Source: Syntrophales bacterium
GTDB taxonomy: Bacteria; Desulfobacterota; Syntrophia; Syntrophales; CG2-30-49-12
Reading direction: 5' to 3'
DNA length: 64,000 bases
Assembly (NCBI GenBank): GCA_030018935.1
Contig: JASEGZ010000006.1
Span: 2,579-66,578, forward strand
Position 1 is the stretch's first letter. Each line of letters begins with the position of its first letter. Below the pieces are notes generated by a model. It made no database searches and was not told the origin of the DNA. It was given only the letters and a program-made list of their open reading frames with translations. The translations under genes were made by a program, and so were the position numbers. Shown one piece after another: positions 30,606-40,545 of this stretch.

Positions 30606-31558
30606 CAGAAGTTACATTAGCAGACCTGCAAGCAAGTGTCCAGGATAGATCGGCCTTTGGCACTCTATCCGACTACTTTACCTTATGCGAGGCCTTTCTC
30701 AGGCTCGTCCAAAGCACGCAGCCCACGCGCATTGTTTCACCTTCGCACCAGAATTACATTTTCTACCAGTACGATGAAACTTACGCTCACAGAATCACCC
30801 GTCCTCTGAACGTTGATCTGTTCATCGAGTCAGCCGGCGATTTCAGGGTAGCGTTTGAGAGGTTCATCGCCTTTCTTGCCGACCTAAGGCAGAACCAGGA
30901 AGCAGCCGCTGGCCGAAGGGGCCGCAATAGTTATATTGAGTCGAAAGAAATCAATAAAGTCGTCTATACTGTCCAGCAGGCTGTTGGTGCCGTCGGTGAC
31001 TCCTTCGATAGCCCCAATCAGTCCAGAAAGCGGGTGGGGCAACTCTTCGAGACGCTGGTCAAACTCATCATCCAAGAAGTGGGTTTGGTGTGTGAACCAC
31101 GCACTATCAGTATCCCAATCCCTGGATATCCTGGTTATGAAATGTCCTACGAGTTGGATTTGGTATTCTCTCACAATAAGGCAATTGTGGCTTCTGAGAC
31201 CAAGTTCATACACGTCTCAGAGATCGTCGGCTCAGTGAAGACCACGAGCAAAGACCGGATAGACAAAGTGTTCCTCGATAAGTACCTCTTGACGAAGCTG
31301 CTCGGTAGAGACGTACCTGTAGTGGGAATCTTCCTGCATGACGTTCAGCGTGCCCGTAGAGGGAAAAGTATCTTCGGGATTAACTCCACCTTTAAGAGTA
31401 ACCACTTCTTGGGCTATACGGTCGCGTTGAACAAACTGGATGGCGTCTATTACGTTGACCCCAGGCCAGAAATGGTTACCAATGAACGGCTACGCGAGCA
31501 AATATATGACTTTCAGCAATTCCTGGTAAAGGATTTGTGGTCGCTTTCAAGCAGATGA
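30602..31558 (+). CDS. candidate type II restriction endonuclease, partner of the adjacent methyltransferase
   Basis: Translationally coupled to the MTase. Possible PD-(D/E)xK core YELD186(x12)E199-T-K201, followed by SVKTTSKDR. No family is confidently recognised. Confidence 0.5.
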   Translation: MTEVTLADLQASVQDRSAFGTLSDYFTLCEAFLRLVQSTQPTRIVSPSHQNYIFYQYDETYAHRITRPLNVDLFIESAGDFRVAFERFIAFLADLRQNQEAAAGRRGRNSYIESKEINKVVYTVQQAVGAVGDSFDSPNQSRKRVGQLFETLVKLIIQEVGLVCEPRTISIPIPGYPGYEMSYELDLVFSHNKAIVASETKFIHVSEIVGSVKTTSKDRIDKVFLDKYLLTKLLGRDVPVVGIFLHDVQRARRGKSIFGINSTFKSNHFLGYTVALNKLDGVYYVDPRPEMVTNERLREQIYDFQQFLVKDLWSLSSR

Positions 31559-31588
31559 GCGAGATTCTTCGAAGGTTGCCAGCTAACG

Positions 31589-31754
31589 TCGGCTGTTGAG
31601 CGGAAATTCGGAGGCGGGATGAACGTAGTTCATCAAGCCAGAGAATTTTCAGCTCTAACGCCCTTGATAGGCGGAGCGCGAGCGACGCCTCAAGGGCATT
31701 AGAGCCCAAAGGGCTCAACAGCCGACGATAAGCTGACCGCTTGCGGTCAGCTTA
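31589..31754. repeat. nested inverted-repeat element plus terminal hairpin downstream of the R-M pair
   Basis: Outer perfect 14-bp inverted repeat gtcggctgttgagc (31589-31602) / gctcaacagccgac (31714-31727). Inner imperfect palindrome gctctaacgcccttga..ggcg / cgcctcaagggcattagagc (31653-31706). Small hairpins at 31619-31635 and 31703-31717. 9-bp stem aagctgacc/ggtcagctt at 31731-31754. Confidence 0.6.
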
Positions 31755-31899
31755 TCAGAATCTTAAACAGATGAATGGTAAGATAAAGGCTGTAACAGAA
31801 AACCTCTCTTGACAAACCCTACAATTCTCATGAGTCTTATGCGATCGGGAACAAACCAGCTTCCGGCATCGTGTAGTTCGTAACTTAAGGAAGAGGTTT

Positions 31900-32826
31900 T
31901 TAAAAAGCCGTCTCTGTTTTTCCCTTCAGGCCGAGGATTTTACGTGCATCATCGGGTCCGGCAACATCACGGTTCAACATCTCTGCCAGTTTTACTACCT
32001 TTTCCACCAGTTCGGCATTGCTCTTCGCCAATACATTTTTCTTTATATAGATGTTGTCCTCGAGACCAACCCTGACGTGTCCCCCCATGTGGATAGCCAT
32101 GGTGGAAAGGTTGATCTCTGCAACTCCCACACCGATTACAGACCATGAATAATTGGCCTCCCCGAAGAGGACATCAGCCTTTGTTTTCAGATAGGTCAGA
32201 TCCTCAGGTGTCCCCCGAATCCCTCCCAGAACACCCATAACAAATTGGATATGAAATGGAGGACTCATCAGGCCTTTCTGTACCAGGTAGTCAAGATTGT
32301 AAAGATGCCCTACATCGTAGACCTCCAATTCCGGCTTCGTATCATTCTCCTTTACGATCGAGCAAAGATATTCCAGGTCTTTGAAAGTGTTCTTAAAGAC
32401 AAAATCCTTGCTCATCTCCAGGTACTCTTGTTCCCATGAGTATTTAAACTCCTTTATGGAAGGGAGTACAGGATGGAGGGCAAAATTTATGGAACCCAAA
32501 TTGAAGGAGCACATCTCCGGCCTAAAGAGAGGAATGGTGGCTGCCCGTTCTTCAATGGTCATGAGTGCGGAACCGCCTGTGGAGATGCAAACGACCGCAT
32601 CGCTTTTTTCTTTGATGGGGGTAATGATCTCCCGAAAGTGCTCAGGATCAGAGGAAGGAAGACCGTCGGCAGGCCTCCTGGCATGGATGTGGACAATTGC
32701 CGCTCCCGCTTCTGTCGCCTCGATTGCGGAGTCGGCAATCTGCCTTGGTGTTATCGGCAGATAAGGGGTTAGCGAGGGCACGGTAGCCCCGCCGGTAATT
32801 GCGGCTGTAATAATCAGTTTTTCCAT
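31900..32826 (-). CDS. BKACE-family (3-keto-5-aminohexanoate cleavage enzyme-like, DUF849) protein
   Basis: N-terminus MEKLIITAAITGGATVPSLTPYLPITPRQIADSAIEATEAGAAIVHIHAR is typical of the family. Confidence 0.85.
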   Translation of the reverse strand: MEKLIITAAITGGATVPSLTPYLPITPRQIADSAIEATEAGAAIVHIHARRPADGLPSSDPEHFREIITPIKEKSDAVVCISTGGSALMTIEERAATIPLFRPEMCSFNLGSINFALHPVLPSIKEFKYSWEQEYLEMSKDFVFKNTFKDLEYLCSIVKENDTKPELEVYDVGHLYNLDYLVQKGLMSPPFHIQFVMGVLGGIRGTPEDLTYLKTKADVLFGEANYSWSVIGVGVAEINLSTMAIHMGGHVRVGLEDNIYIKKNVLAKSNAELVEKVVKLAEMLNRDVAGPDDARKILGLKGKTETAF

Positions 32827-32858
32827 GATGTATCTCTTTCCTTCATAGTTACCGCGAG

Positions 32859-33660
32859 TTATTCCTCATCCACGATCGCGATGGGACGAACCCAACCGGC
32901 ACTGGCCCCTTTTATCTTTATCGGGAAACAGCAAACGGTGAATCCAAAAGGCATGTTGATGGCCGACAGGTTCGCCATCTTTTCCATATGGCAGTAACAG
33001 GCCTCAATTCCCGCGAAATGCGCTTCCCAGACGACCTTTGGATCGCCTGTATACTGGAACTCCTTGGCCAAATACGGAAGTGGACGGTCCCAGCTCCAGG
33101 CATCTATCCCCACCACCTTTACCCCTTGCTCCACAAGAAAGAGGGTGCTTTCCCTGTCCATCCCCGCCCCCTTCACAAGATACTCCTCTTTCCCCCCAGG
33201 CCTCGTCAGCTCCGGTTTGAATAAGCACTATGTCCAGAGGCTTGATGGTGTACTGTATCCGCTCAAGTTCCTGTTTTATGTCCTTTACTCTTATCCTTTC
33301 GCCGTCCGCCATGTGGCGGAAATCGAGGACCACCCCATCGTTGAAACACCATTCCAGAGGTATCTCATCAATAGTCAAGGCTCGATTGCCATGATCCATC
33401 GTAGGGTGATAATGGTAGGGGGCATCGAGGTGTGTGCCCGAGTGAGTAGTAAGCCATAGCATTTCAAATGCCCATCCGAGACCTCCCGGCAACTGTTCCT
33501 TTTTGATCCCCGGGAAAAAATCCTTCATCTGCTCGGCACCCTCCATATGGTCACGGTAGTCTATCTTTGGGATCATCATAGGAGGATCGCTGGGCAGGCC
33601 TGATTCAATAGCTATACTGAGATCAATAAAACGCTTACGCGACATGGTCAGTCCCTTCAC
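32859..33660 (-). pseudogene. cyclase-family (kynurenine-formamidase-like) protein with a +1 frameshift in a homopolymer
   Basis: HSGTHLDAPYHY motif in the upstream part (33004..33660 ORF). The frame is lost in the C6 run 33192-33197. Removing one nucleotide joins ...ADEAWGKEEYLVKGAGMDRESTLFLVEQGVKVVGIDAWSWD (32859..33176 ORF). Confidence 0.8.
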
Positions 33661-33712
33661 AAATGTGCCACTTCTTGTACGATCAGAGCCGATTTGTAAT
33701 TACTCAGGGAGA

Positions 33713-33909
33713 GCTTTGAAAATTGCCTTCATCAGGGCTTCAAAATCTTTTTTCGACCATGCATCATTTAGTTTCGCTGCCAGGGCAAAACTCAGGCTTC
33801 GCCTTCAAACAGTTGCCCTGGCGGGCGCTTCGCTGCGATGGCAGAGCCCCCCTCCCCGAAAAAATCTTTGCTTCGCCCTTCACGAAGCCAATTTTCAGTT
33901 TTGCAAAGC
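33713..33909. mobile_element. MITE-like ~197-bp repeat, copy B
   Basis: Same orientation as copy A and an identical ~150-nt core. Terminal inverted repeats gctttgaaaattg ... caattttcagttttgcaaagc. Confidence 0.6.
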
Positions 33910-34109
33910 TCTCTCAGGAGCCAGAATTCAGGAACCGGAATAAAAAAAAGGAGGGGGAATCGCTCATCTTAGGTTTTCCATTTTCAACGGCTACCTAACA
34001 CGATGGGAAATCTGTGTCAATATGAAAAGCCGTTGACCCGTTCCAAACCGTAGGGTTGTTGTTTGCATTCAGTTTTAACGTGTGATAAACGTACCAAAAT
34101 CTTAAACAA

Positions 34110-36323
34110 ATGAGAGGAGTTCCGATGAAAGCAGTTGAACTGATAGAGAGGGCAAAATCGGAGGGAAGGACGGCTCTCAACGAGGCGGAAGCGAAACAGT
34201 TGTTGAAATGTTACGGTGTGCCTGTGGTGGAGGAAACTGTTGTAGAAACTCTCGATGATACCGTGGCGCAGGCACGGATCACAGGCTTTCCTGTGGTGCT
34301 GAAAGGGCTTGGCTCTCGGCTGACACACAAGACAGAGCGGGGGCTTGTAAGACTTAACCTGAAGGATACAGATGATGTCCGTAGCGCTGCACGGGAGATA
34401 TTGGATGCTGCTGGTGATGACCTCGAAGGCTTTCTTATCCAGCCCATGCTTTTGGGAAGACGGGAGTTTGTGGCCGGCCTGTTTCGTGACGTCCAATTCG
34501 GACCGGTCGTCATGTTCGGTTTAGGTGGTGTCTTTACCGAGGCCCTGGATGACGTTGTTTTCCGCCTGGCTCCCCTCAACGAGGTTCATGCCGCTTATAT
34601 GCTGGATGAACTTCGTGCTGCTCCTCTCCTTGGTCCCTTTCGTGGTGAGCGGGCAGTTGAACGAGAGCAGATTGTCCAAACACTGTTAGGCTTGTCTCGC
34701 CTGGGGCTGGACTATCCAGAAGTGACGGAAGTTGATGTCAATCCCCTGCTGATCAGTCCGGATGGTAAAGTGAGAGCTGTAGATGCACTGGTCATACTTG
34801 GTGAAAAAACCGGTACAAAGACCGTTTATCCTCCTGTGGGAGCAAGGGCAATGCGGGATCTGTTTTATCCAAACTCTATCGCTATTGTCGGTGCATCTCC
34901 CAGATTTGGCAAGTGGGGACACAGGATTTTTACCAATATTGCAGGAGGGGATTTTAAAGGGGAACTCTATCTTGTTAACGCGAAGGGTGGCAAGATCGCC
35001 GGGAGACATGTGTTCAAATCTGTTACTGAGATTCCGGGTCAGGTTGATCTTGCGATCGTCATGATTCCCGCCGACAGGGTACTGGAACTAATTCCGCAGC
35101 TTAAGGTAAAAGGTATTAAAAGTATGCTCGTCATTACCTCCGGTTTCAGTGAAACCGGTGAACAGGGCCGACATCTTGAGGAGCAACTTGTCAGGGAGGC
35201 CCGTGAGGCGGGTATCTTGGTGCTTGGACCAAACACGATGGGGATCTGTAACCCCCATTACAGCCTGTACGCTACGGGCGCCCATGTGCGTCCGAAGCCC
35301 GGCTCAATGGCGCTTGTTACCCAATCCGGTAATCTGGGGGTGCAGCTTTTGGCCTTTGCCGAGAGAGAAGGAATCGGTATACGCGCCTTCTGTGGCTCGG
35401 GAAATGAGACAATGGTCACGATAGAAGATTGTATGGACGCTTTTGACGTGGATGATCTGACGAGGACGGTGGTTTTATACATCGAAAGTATCAAAGATGG
35501 CCGCCGCTTCTTTGAAACGGCCTGCCGAGTAGGTCTCCAAAAACCTGTTGTGGTGCTCAAAGGAGGACGCACCCGTGCAGGAGAACAGGCTGCTGCCAGC
35601 CATACGGGGGCGCTGGCTTCCGACCTCAAGGTCTTTGGGGCCGCTTGCCGTCAAGCGGGGATTGTCCTGGTGGAACAACCAATGGATCTCCTGGATCTGG
35701 CTGCCGCTTTTACTTCCTTGCCGTTATTGAAGAGTAAAAGGGTAGCCATTGTGACCATGGGTGGCGGCTGGGGGGTCGTTACCGCCGACTTGTGTGTCGA
35801 ATATGGATTGGAAGTGCCTGACCTGTCGTCAGAAATCATCTCACAGATCAATCAGATCCTCCCCCCTTACTGGAGTCATTCTAATCCCATTGATCTGGTG
35901 GGGGAACGTGATCCCAAGATCCCGATCATGGTCATAGAAGAATTGTTAAAGTGGGATGGTTGTGATGCCCTTATTTACATGGGGATTCTGGGACATGTTT
36001 TTTTTGTCAGGTGGCAGGTCAACTCGATGAGGATTGTTGAACAAGACTATGACCTTGCCGCCCTCGAAAATCTCCCCCGGCAGCAGGCTCGAGTGGAACG
36101 GAGTTTAATCGAACATGTGGTGAGAATGATGGAAAAGTACGAAAAGCCTGTGGTGGGCGTGAGTATGATTTCCGACGAAACTAGCCGAACGATAACCGAC
36201 ATCGAGGGAAGTCCTTACAAAGGAGTTTCCTTTCTCACACCTGAACGGGCAGTCAAGGCCCTGGCCAAGATGTATACCTATGGATGCTGGCGAAACGGTG
36301 AAGGTGTTCTCCACGGGGAATGA
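34110..36323 (+). CDS. ADP-forming acetyl/acyl-CoA synthetase (fused ATP-grasp, CoA-binding and ligase-CoA domains)
   Basis: N-terminal ATP-grasp (EAKQLLKCYGVPV...GFPVVLKG...VMFGLGGVFTE), then CoA-binding (PNSIAIVGASPRFGKWGHRIF) and succinyl-CoA-ligase-like parts (GPNTMGI, ASHTGALA). The likely true start is the ATG at 34125, preceded by gagagg. Confidence 0.85.
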   Translation: MRGVPMKAVELIERAKSEGRTALNEAEAKQLLKCYGVPVVEETVVETLDDTVAQARITGFPVVLKGLGSRLTHKTERGLVRLNLKDTDDVRSAAREILDAAGDDLEGFLIQPMLLGRREFVAGLFRDVQFGPVVMFGLGGVFTEALDDVVFRLAPLNEVHAAYMLDELRAAPLLGPFRGERAVEREQIVQTLLGLSRLGLDYPEVTEVDVNPLLISPDGKVRAVDALVILGEKTGTKTVYPPVGARAMRDLFYPNSIAIVGASPRFGKWGHRIFTNIAGGDFKGELYLVNAKGGKIAGRHVFKSVTEIPGQVDLAIVMIPADRVLELIPQLKVKGIKSMLVITSGFSETGEQGRHLEEQLVREAREAGILVLGPNTMGICNPHYSLYATGAHVRPKPGSMALVTQSGNLGVQLLAFAEREGIGIRAFCGSGNETMVTIEDCMDAFDVDDLTRTVVLYIESIKDGRRFFETACRVGLQKPVVVLKGGRTRAGEQAAASHTGALASDLKVFGAACRQAGIVLVEQPMDLLDLAAAFTSLPLLKSKRVAIVTMGGGWGVVTADLCVEYGLEVPDLSSEIISQINQILPPYWSHSNPIDLVGERDPKIPIMVIEELLKWDGCDALIYMGILGHVFFVRWQVNSMRIVEQDYDLAALENLPRQQARVERSLIEHVVRMMEKYEKPVVGVSMISDETSRTITDIEGSPYKGVSFLTPERAVKALAKMYTYGCWRNGEGVLHGE

Positions 36324-36345
36324 GGCGTGATGAAGAGTCACTACA

Positions 36346-36390
36346 TAGGCTATGGGCAAGAGGTGATAGGCTATGGGCGATGGGCGCGAT
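36346..36390. repeat. 7-nt-periodic repeat (ATAGGCT/ATGGGCn/AGAGGTG) between convergent genes
   Basis: cataggctatgggcaagaggtgataggctatgggcgatgggcgcg. Confidence 0.6.
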
Positions 36391-36397
36391 TCAAGGG

Positions 36398-37096
36398 TCA
36401 GGAGGGTACAGGAGTGTCCTGCAACAGGCCTTCGGCCCATCCCCAACAGCGATCATCTGCGTCCTGGTTTTCCCTCATCTGCTCTTCCACCTGGAGCCGG
36501 ATAGTTTCAAAGCTCTCCGCATCCAGGTGTTCCGGTATGTAAAGGGGTCTGTCCCAGCGGATGAGAACCTGGCTGAAAGGTTTGGGGATCAGGAAACGAT
36601 CCCAGCTCTTCAGGATCCAGGCTCGGTCAACAGATGCGTAGAGTGGGAAAATCGCTGCCCCGGACAACTGAGCCATCGTAATAAGCCCCTCCTTAACCAC
36701 TCCCCTCGGCCCCTGGGGACCGTCCACTACATGAGCGGCAAGCTGATGATGTGCTATGTCTGTCACCATGGCGGCAAGGGCCTTCCTACCATTACGGGAA
36801 CTGGACCCCCTGACAGGCCGAATATTCAGACGGCTCATTATGCTTGCAATCATTTCTCCATCACGGCTCTGGCTGATCATTACGGAAGGTGAAAAAACAC
36901 CGAGCCTCTTTGCATAGCTCATGAACAGGAAAATACGCTGGTGCCACGCGGCAATGATCGCCCTGCCCCCGCCGTTGAGATGGTCAACGAGCCAATCCTC
37001 ATCCCGCACACTGATCCTGACCAGCAAGAAGTATAAACGGATGAGGTAATAGAGGAACGGTATAATGCCAAATTTTATGGCCAGGCGTTTGATCAT
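36398..37096 (-). CDS. DUF374-type lysophospholipid-acyltransferase-like protein
   Basis: N-terminal TM segment, AAWHQRIF, and SQSRDGEMIASIMSRLNIRPVRGSSSRNGRKAL. The family assignment is from memory of the motif. Confidence 0.65.
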   Translation of the reverse strand: MIKRLAIKFGIIPFLYYLIRLYFLLVRISVRDEDWLVDHLNGGGRAIIAAWHQRIFLFMSYAKRLGVFSPSVMISQSRDGEMIASIMSRLNIRPVRGSSSRNGRKALAAMVTDIAHHQLAAHVVDGPQGPRGVVKEGLITMAQLSGAAIFPLYASVDRAWILKSWDRFLIPKPFSQVLIRWDRPLYIPEHLDAESFETIRLQVEEQMRENQDADDRCWGWAEGLLQDTPVPS

Positions 37097-37140
37097 AGGA
37101 GCAATCTCCTCTGAATATGCGGTTTAACCGGGGATGTGTT

Positions 37141-37833
37141 TCACGTGAAACATTTCGGCTTCTCTGTTCCCATATTCGTATAATTAAATTTGTGGAGTGG
37201 ACACCCTTCACAGCGAGGGGTTTTGGTACAGAAAGTCTTTCCCGTATTGACCAGGAGGGCGTGATACTGCTTGTACAGAGGAACGCTGTGGGGAAGATGT
37301 GTCATGAAGAGTTTCTGAATTTCTCCATAGCTTGCACCTTCACAGATGATATCATGCCTCTGCAGAATCCTTCGCGTATATGCATCAACGACAAATATCG
37401 GCTTTTCCCCTGCATAGAGGAGAATACTATCCGCCGTCTCTTCTCCAATACCCTTGACGCGCAACAGTTTCTCTCTCAGGTGCCGGAAGTCTTCCAAAAA
37501 CATCCTCTCAAGGCTTCCATCGTATTCCTCATGCAGATACTGGACAAAAGACTTTAGTCTTCTGGTTTTGATACGGTAATATCCTGAAGGTCTGATGAGT
37601 TCTGCCAGAATCTCGTTCTCTGTCTCCAGAATCCTTTCTGGATGGAGAAGTCCTTTTGATTTCAGCTTATCTATGGCGATTTCAACATTGTGCCAGGCCG
37701 TGTTCTGGGTTAGTATTGCACCAACAATCACCTCGAAAGGAGACTCACCAGGCCACCAGTGCAGATCACCAAAGTAAATATTTAGTGAATCATAGAGCGA
37801 AAATAGGCATTGACCGACAGTACGTGCGTACAT
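37141..37833 (-). CDS. endonuclease III-like HhH-GPD DNA glycosylase with an Fe-S cluster loop
   Basis: AILTQNTAW, helix-hairpin-helix LLRVKGIGEETADSILLYA, and C-terminal CxxxxxxCxxCxxxxxC-like motif (FCTKTPRCEGCPLHKF). Confidence 0.8.
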   Translation of the reverse strand: MYARTVGQCLFSLYDSLNIYFGDLHWWPGESPFEVIVGAILTQNTAWHNVEIAIDKLKSKGLLHPERILETENEILAELIRPSGYYRIKTRRLKSFVQYLHEEYDGSLERMFLEDFRHLREKLLRVKGIGEETADSILLYAGEKPIFVVDAYTRRILQRHDIICEGASYGEIQKLFMTHLPHSVPLYKQYHALLVNTGKTFCTKTPRCEGCPLHKFNYTNMGTEKPKCFT

Positions 37834-37946
37834 ACAGATCCAGGCTTCCAGATGATTTCACGGGGCACAATCGCATCAGCCATATTACCTGCCGGAAAGT
37901 CCCCTCTATCAGATGGTAGGAAGTTTAATTTGTTGCCTAGGGGACT

Positions 37947-39437
37947 TTATTTACGGAGGGGTACAAAAAAAGTTGCCTTCCCTCGCTTGAGCAAAAGCAG
38001 GATACCATTTTTTGCCTTTCCCTTTGATATTTCCCGGAAATAGTCCTTTAGGGAGTATATTTTCACTTTGTTGACCTGGAGGATGATGTCCATGGGACGG
38101 ATACCGGCCTCATCCGCGGGACTTCCCTCTTGCACCTCCGCCACAATAACGCCGGTTTTTGGGGAAACATCGAGATGTCGGGCAATTTCCGGTGTGATCT
38201 CCTGGACGGTCATCCCGAAGCCTTCACTTTTTTCCCTTACCGCCGCTAATTCTGACTGTTCTTTCCTTTCTGCCACGACAACCTGAAAAGTATTTTCCTT
38301 GCCATCGCGCAGGACTTTTACCGAGATATTATCTCCCACATGAGATGAGGCGATAATCATTAATAATTCGTGGGTATCTTTTGTCTTTTTGCCATTTACC
38401 TCGATCACAATGTCACCTGTCTTCAGGCCGGCCCTGTCGGCAGGATCCCCCTCGAAGACTTCAGCAATCAGGGCGCCATTTTTAGTTTTCAGTTTAAGGC
38501 TCTGGGCAATATCTTCTGTGATCTCCTGGACGGAAACACCAATCCAGCCCCGGGACACCTTTCCTTTTGTCTTCAGGTCGGGCAGAATATCTTTAGCCAT
38601 GTTGACCGGGATGGCAAATCCGATGCCCTGTCCCTGGGCAACAATAGCGGTATTGATTCCTATCACCTTGCCTTCCATATTGAATAGCGGCCCACCACTA
38701 TTTCCTGGATTGATGGAGGCGTCTGTCTGAATAAAGTTGTCGTAGGGACCTGCGCCAATCACACGACCCTTGGCGCTGACTATGCCGGCTGTAACCGTCT
38801 GTTCGAGTCCGAATGGATTACCAATGGCAAGAACCCAGTCACCTACACGCAATTTTTCTGAATCACCGATCTCTACTACAGGTAGAGAGTTGTCCGGTTT
38901 TATTTTAATCAGGGCGATGTCTGTTTTCGCATCCTTACCGATGATCTTCGCCTCATATTCTTTTCCATCGGAGAGTTTTACCAGTATTTTCTCAGCTCGT
39001 TCCACCACGTGATTGTTTGTAAAGATGTAACCATCATGGCTGATAATAAAACCGGAGCCGAGGCTTTTCTGCTTGAATTCCCTCCGTGGTACATCGCCGA
39101 AAAATCTCTCGAAAAAATCGTCTCCCCCAAAATAGCGATCAAAGGGAGAACCTCCACCAAAGGGGGACCTGAATGCACCACCTGCCCGAATTGTCTTGGT
39201 AGTGCTGATGTTTACAACTGCAGGTTTTAATCTCTCAGCAAGTTCAGCAAACGAGACAGGGGCAGGCAGGCTTCCCCCCGTTGAAGAAACAGCCGAGGCC
39301 ATCTGTATATCCGGTCCTACAGGGCTAAAAGAGGAACGTAACACCTCTACGAGAGAAACGACGAAAAAGCCGATTAAAAAAGCCAGCAGAAACATGATAA
39401 AAGTTTTTCTGTTTTCCTTTTTCATATAATCCTCCAT
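37947..39437 (-). CDS. htrA: DegP/HtrA (Do-family) periplasmic serine protease with two PDZ domains
   Basis: Catalytic triad context TNNHVV, DIALIK, GNSGGPLFN; two PDZ-like regions; N-terminal TM/signal segment. Confidence 0.92.
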   Translation of the reverse strand: MEDYMKKENRKTFIMFLLAFLIGFFVVSLVEVLRSSFSPVGPDIQMASAVSSTGGSLPAPVSFAELAERLKPAVVNISTTKTIRAGGAFRSPFGGGSPFDRYFGGDDFFERFFGDVPRREFKQKSLGSGFIISHDGYIFTNNHVVERAEKILVKLSDGKEYEAKIIGKDAKTDIALIKIKPDNSLPVVEIGDSEKLRVGDWVLAIGNPFGLEQTVTAGIVSAKGRVIGAGPYDNFIQTDASINPGNSGGPLFNMEGKVIGINTAIVAQGQGIGFAIPVNMAKDILPDLKTKGKVSRGWIGVSVQEITEDIAQSLKLKTKNGALIAEVFEGDPADRAGLKTGDIVIEVNGKKTKDTHELLMIIASSHVGDNISVKVLRDGKENTFQVVVAERKEQSELAAVREKSEGFGMTVQEITPEIARHLDVSPKTGVIVAEVQEGSPADEAGIRPMDIILQVNKVKIYSLKDYFREISKGKAKNGILLLLKRGKATFFVPLRK

Positions 39438-39556
39438 ATTTTTATCCTCACCGTGTTAAAATTTCTTGTAACTCATTTTAAACATCAAGGCGTTATTGTC
39501 AATACCAAAAACTGTGATCACTCCTGCGAACTCAGATCGTAAAGAGGGTCCTGCCG

Positions 39557-40393
39557 CTATCCTGTGTCATATTCCTCCATTTTTACAGGGTTGGTCAGTT
39601 GGCCTATTTTTTCAATGGCGATGGTTATCATGTCACCCTCCCGGAGAAATATGGGTGGTTCTCTTGTAAAGCCAACACCTTCCGGGGTACCTGTTAAAAT
39701 CACCGTGCCGGGCAGCAACGTCATAGACCTGCTCAAATCACTGACGATTGCAGGTATATCGAAGACCATGTCGGATGTGTTGGAATCCTGGAGGGTAATA
39801 CCATTGATGATTGTACGGATACGCAGATTATGAGGGTCTGGAATTTCATCCCTTGTAACTAAGCATGGACCAAGAGGACAAAAGGTATCAAAACTCTTCC
39901 CCCTGACCCACTGCTTTTTTTGTTTTTCAATCTGCCAGTCTCGTGCACTGACATCGTTAGCACAGGTATATCCCAGGATATAGTTCATGGCATCAGAGGG
40001 GGAGATGTTTTTTGCCTTTTTACCGATAATCACGGCCAGTTCCGCCTCGTAATCAACCTTATCGGGACCTGCCATGGGAAGCAGGATCGGCGCCATGTGT
40101 CCTATGACACTGGTCGTAGCCTTCATGAAAATCACAGGGATTGCAGGGTATGAAGTCTTTGTCTCATCGGCGTGTTTTCTGTAGTTGAGGCCGAGCGCTA
40201 AAATGTTACAGGGTAAAAGGGGAGACAGGAGATGTTTTATCCTTGCCGACTCTGGTGTGACGTCAAAATCACCAAACAGGCCCCCCCTGATGATTCGGGC
40301 CTTTCCCGATAGCTCTGGTTCATAGAGCCCGCATAATACTTGATCATCTTCGGAGAGAAAGCGAATCAATTTCATGATTGTACTCCTGAGCAA
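39557..40393 (-). CDS. fumarylacetoacetate hydrolase (FAH) family protein
   Basis: VDYEAELAVIIGKKAK, and GTPEGVG near the C-terminus. Confidence 0.88.
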   Translation of the reverse strand: MLRSTIMKLIRFLSEDDQVLCGLYEPELSGKARIIRGGLFGDFDVTPESARIKHLLSPLLPCNILALGLNYRKHADETKTSYPAIPVIFMKATTSVIGHMAPILLPMAGPDKVDYEAELAVIIGKKAKNISPSDAMNYILGYTCANDVSARDWQIEKQKKQWVRGKSFDTFCPLGPCLVTRDEIPDPHNLRIRTIINGITLQDSNTSDMVFDIPAIVSDLSRSMTLLPGTVILTGTPEGVGFTREPPIFLREGDMITIAIEKIGQLTNPVKMEEYDTG

Positions 40394-40399
40394 ATAATA

Positions 40400-40482
40400 G
40401 TCATAAGTCGTAAGTCATAAGTCGTAAGTCATAAGTCATAAGTCATAAGTCATAAGTCATAAGTCATAAGTCATAAGTCGTA
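40400..40482. repeat. tandem heptamer array (GTCATAA/GTCGTAA), about 12 units
   Basis: 11 full units plus one partial, in perfect 7-nt register. It lies between the divergent FAH and fabD genes. Confidence 0.9.
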
Positions 40483-40545
40483 TTATTATACCTAACATCA
40501 TATTATTTATGAGACAAGCATTTTCTCTTGATTTTTCGTTGAACT

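Noticed and set aside
31589-31727. Calling the nested inverted repeat a bona fide integron attC site
   Set aside because: No intI integrase or cassette array is in the window. The core-site orientation fits only the minus strand, and the inner palindrome ends in ATTAGAG rather than GTTRRRY. It is kept as a structural observation only.
36320-36892. 190-aa plus-strand ORF overlapping the DUF374 acyltransferase-like gene
   Set aside because: It starts within the heptamer repeat and runs antisense to a gene with family-specific motifs. Its composition is Pro/Gly/His-rich and non-protein-like.
40400-40482. Possible CRISPR array or minisatellite-encoded feature
   Set aside because: The unit length is 7 nt with no spacers, and no cas genes are in the window. 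It is a short tandem repeat, not a CRISPR array.
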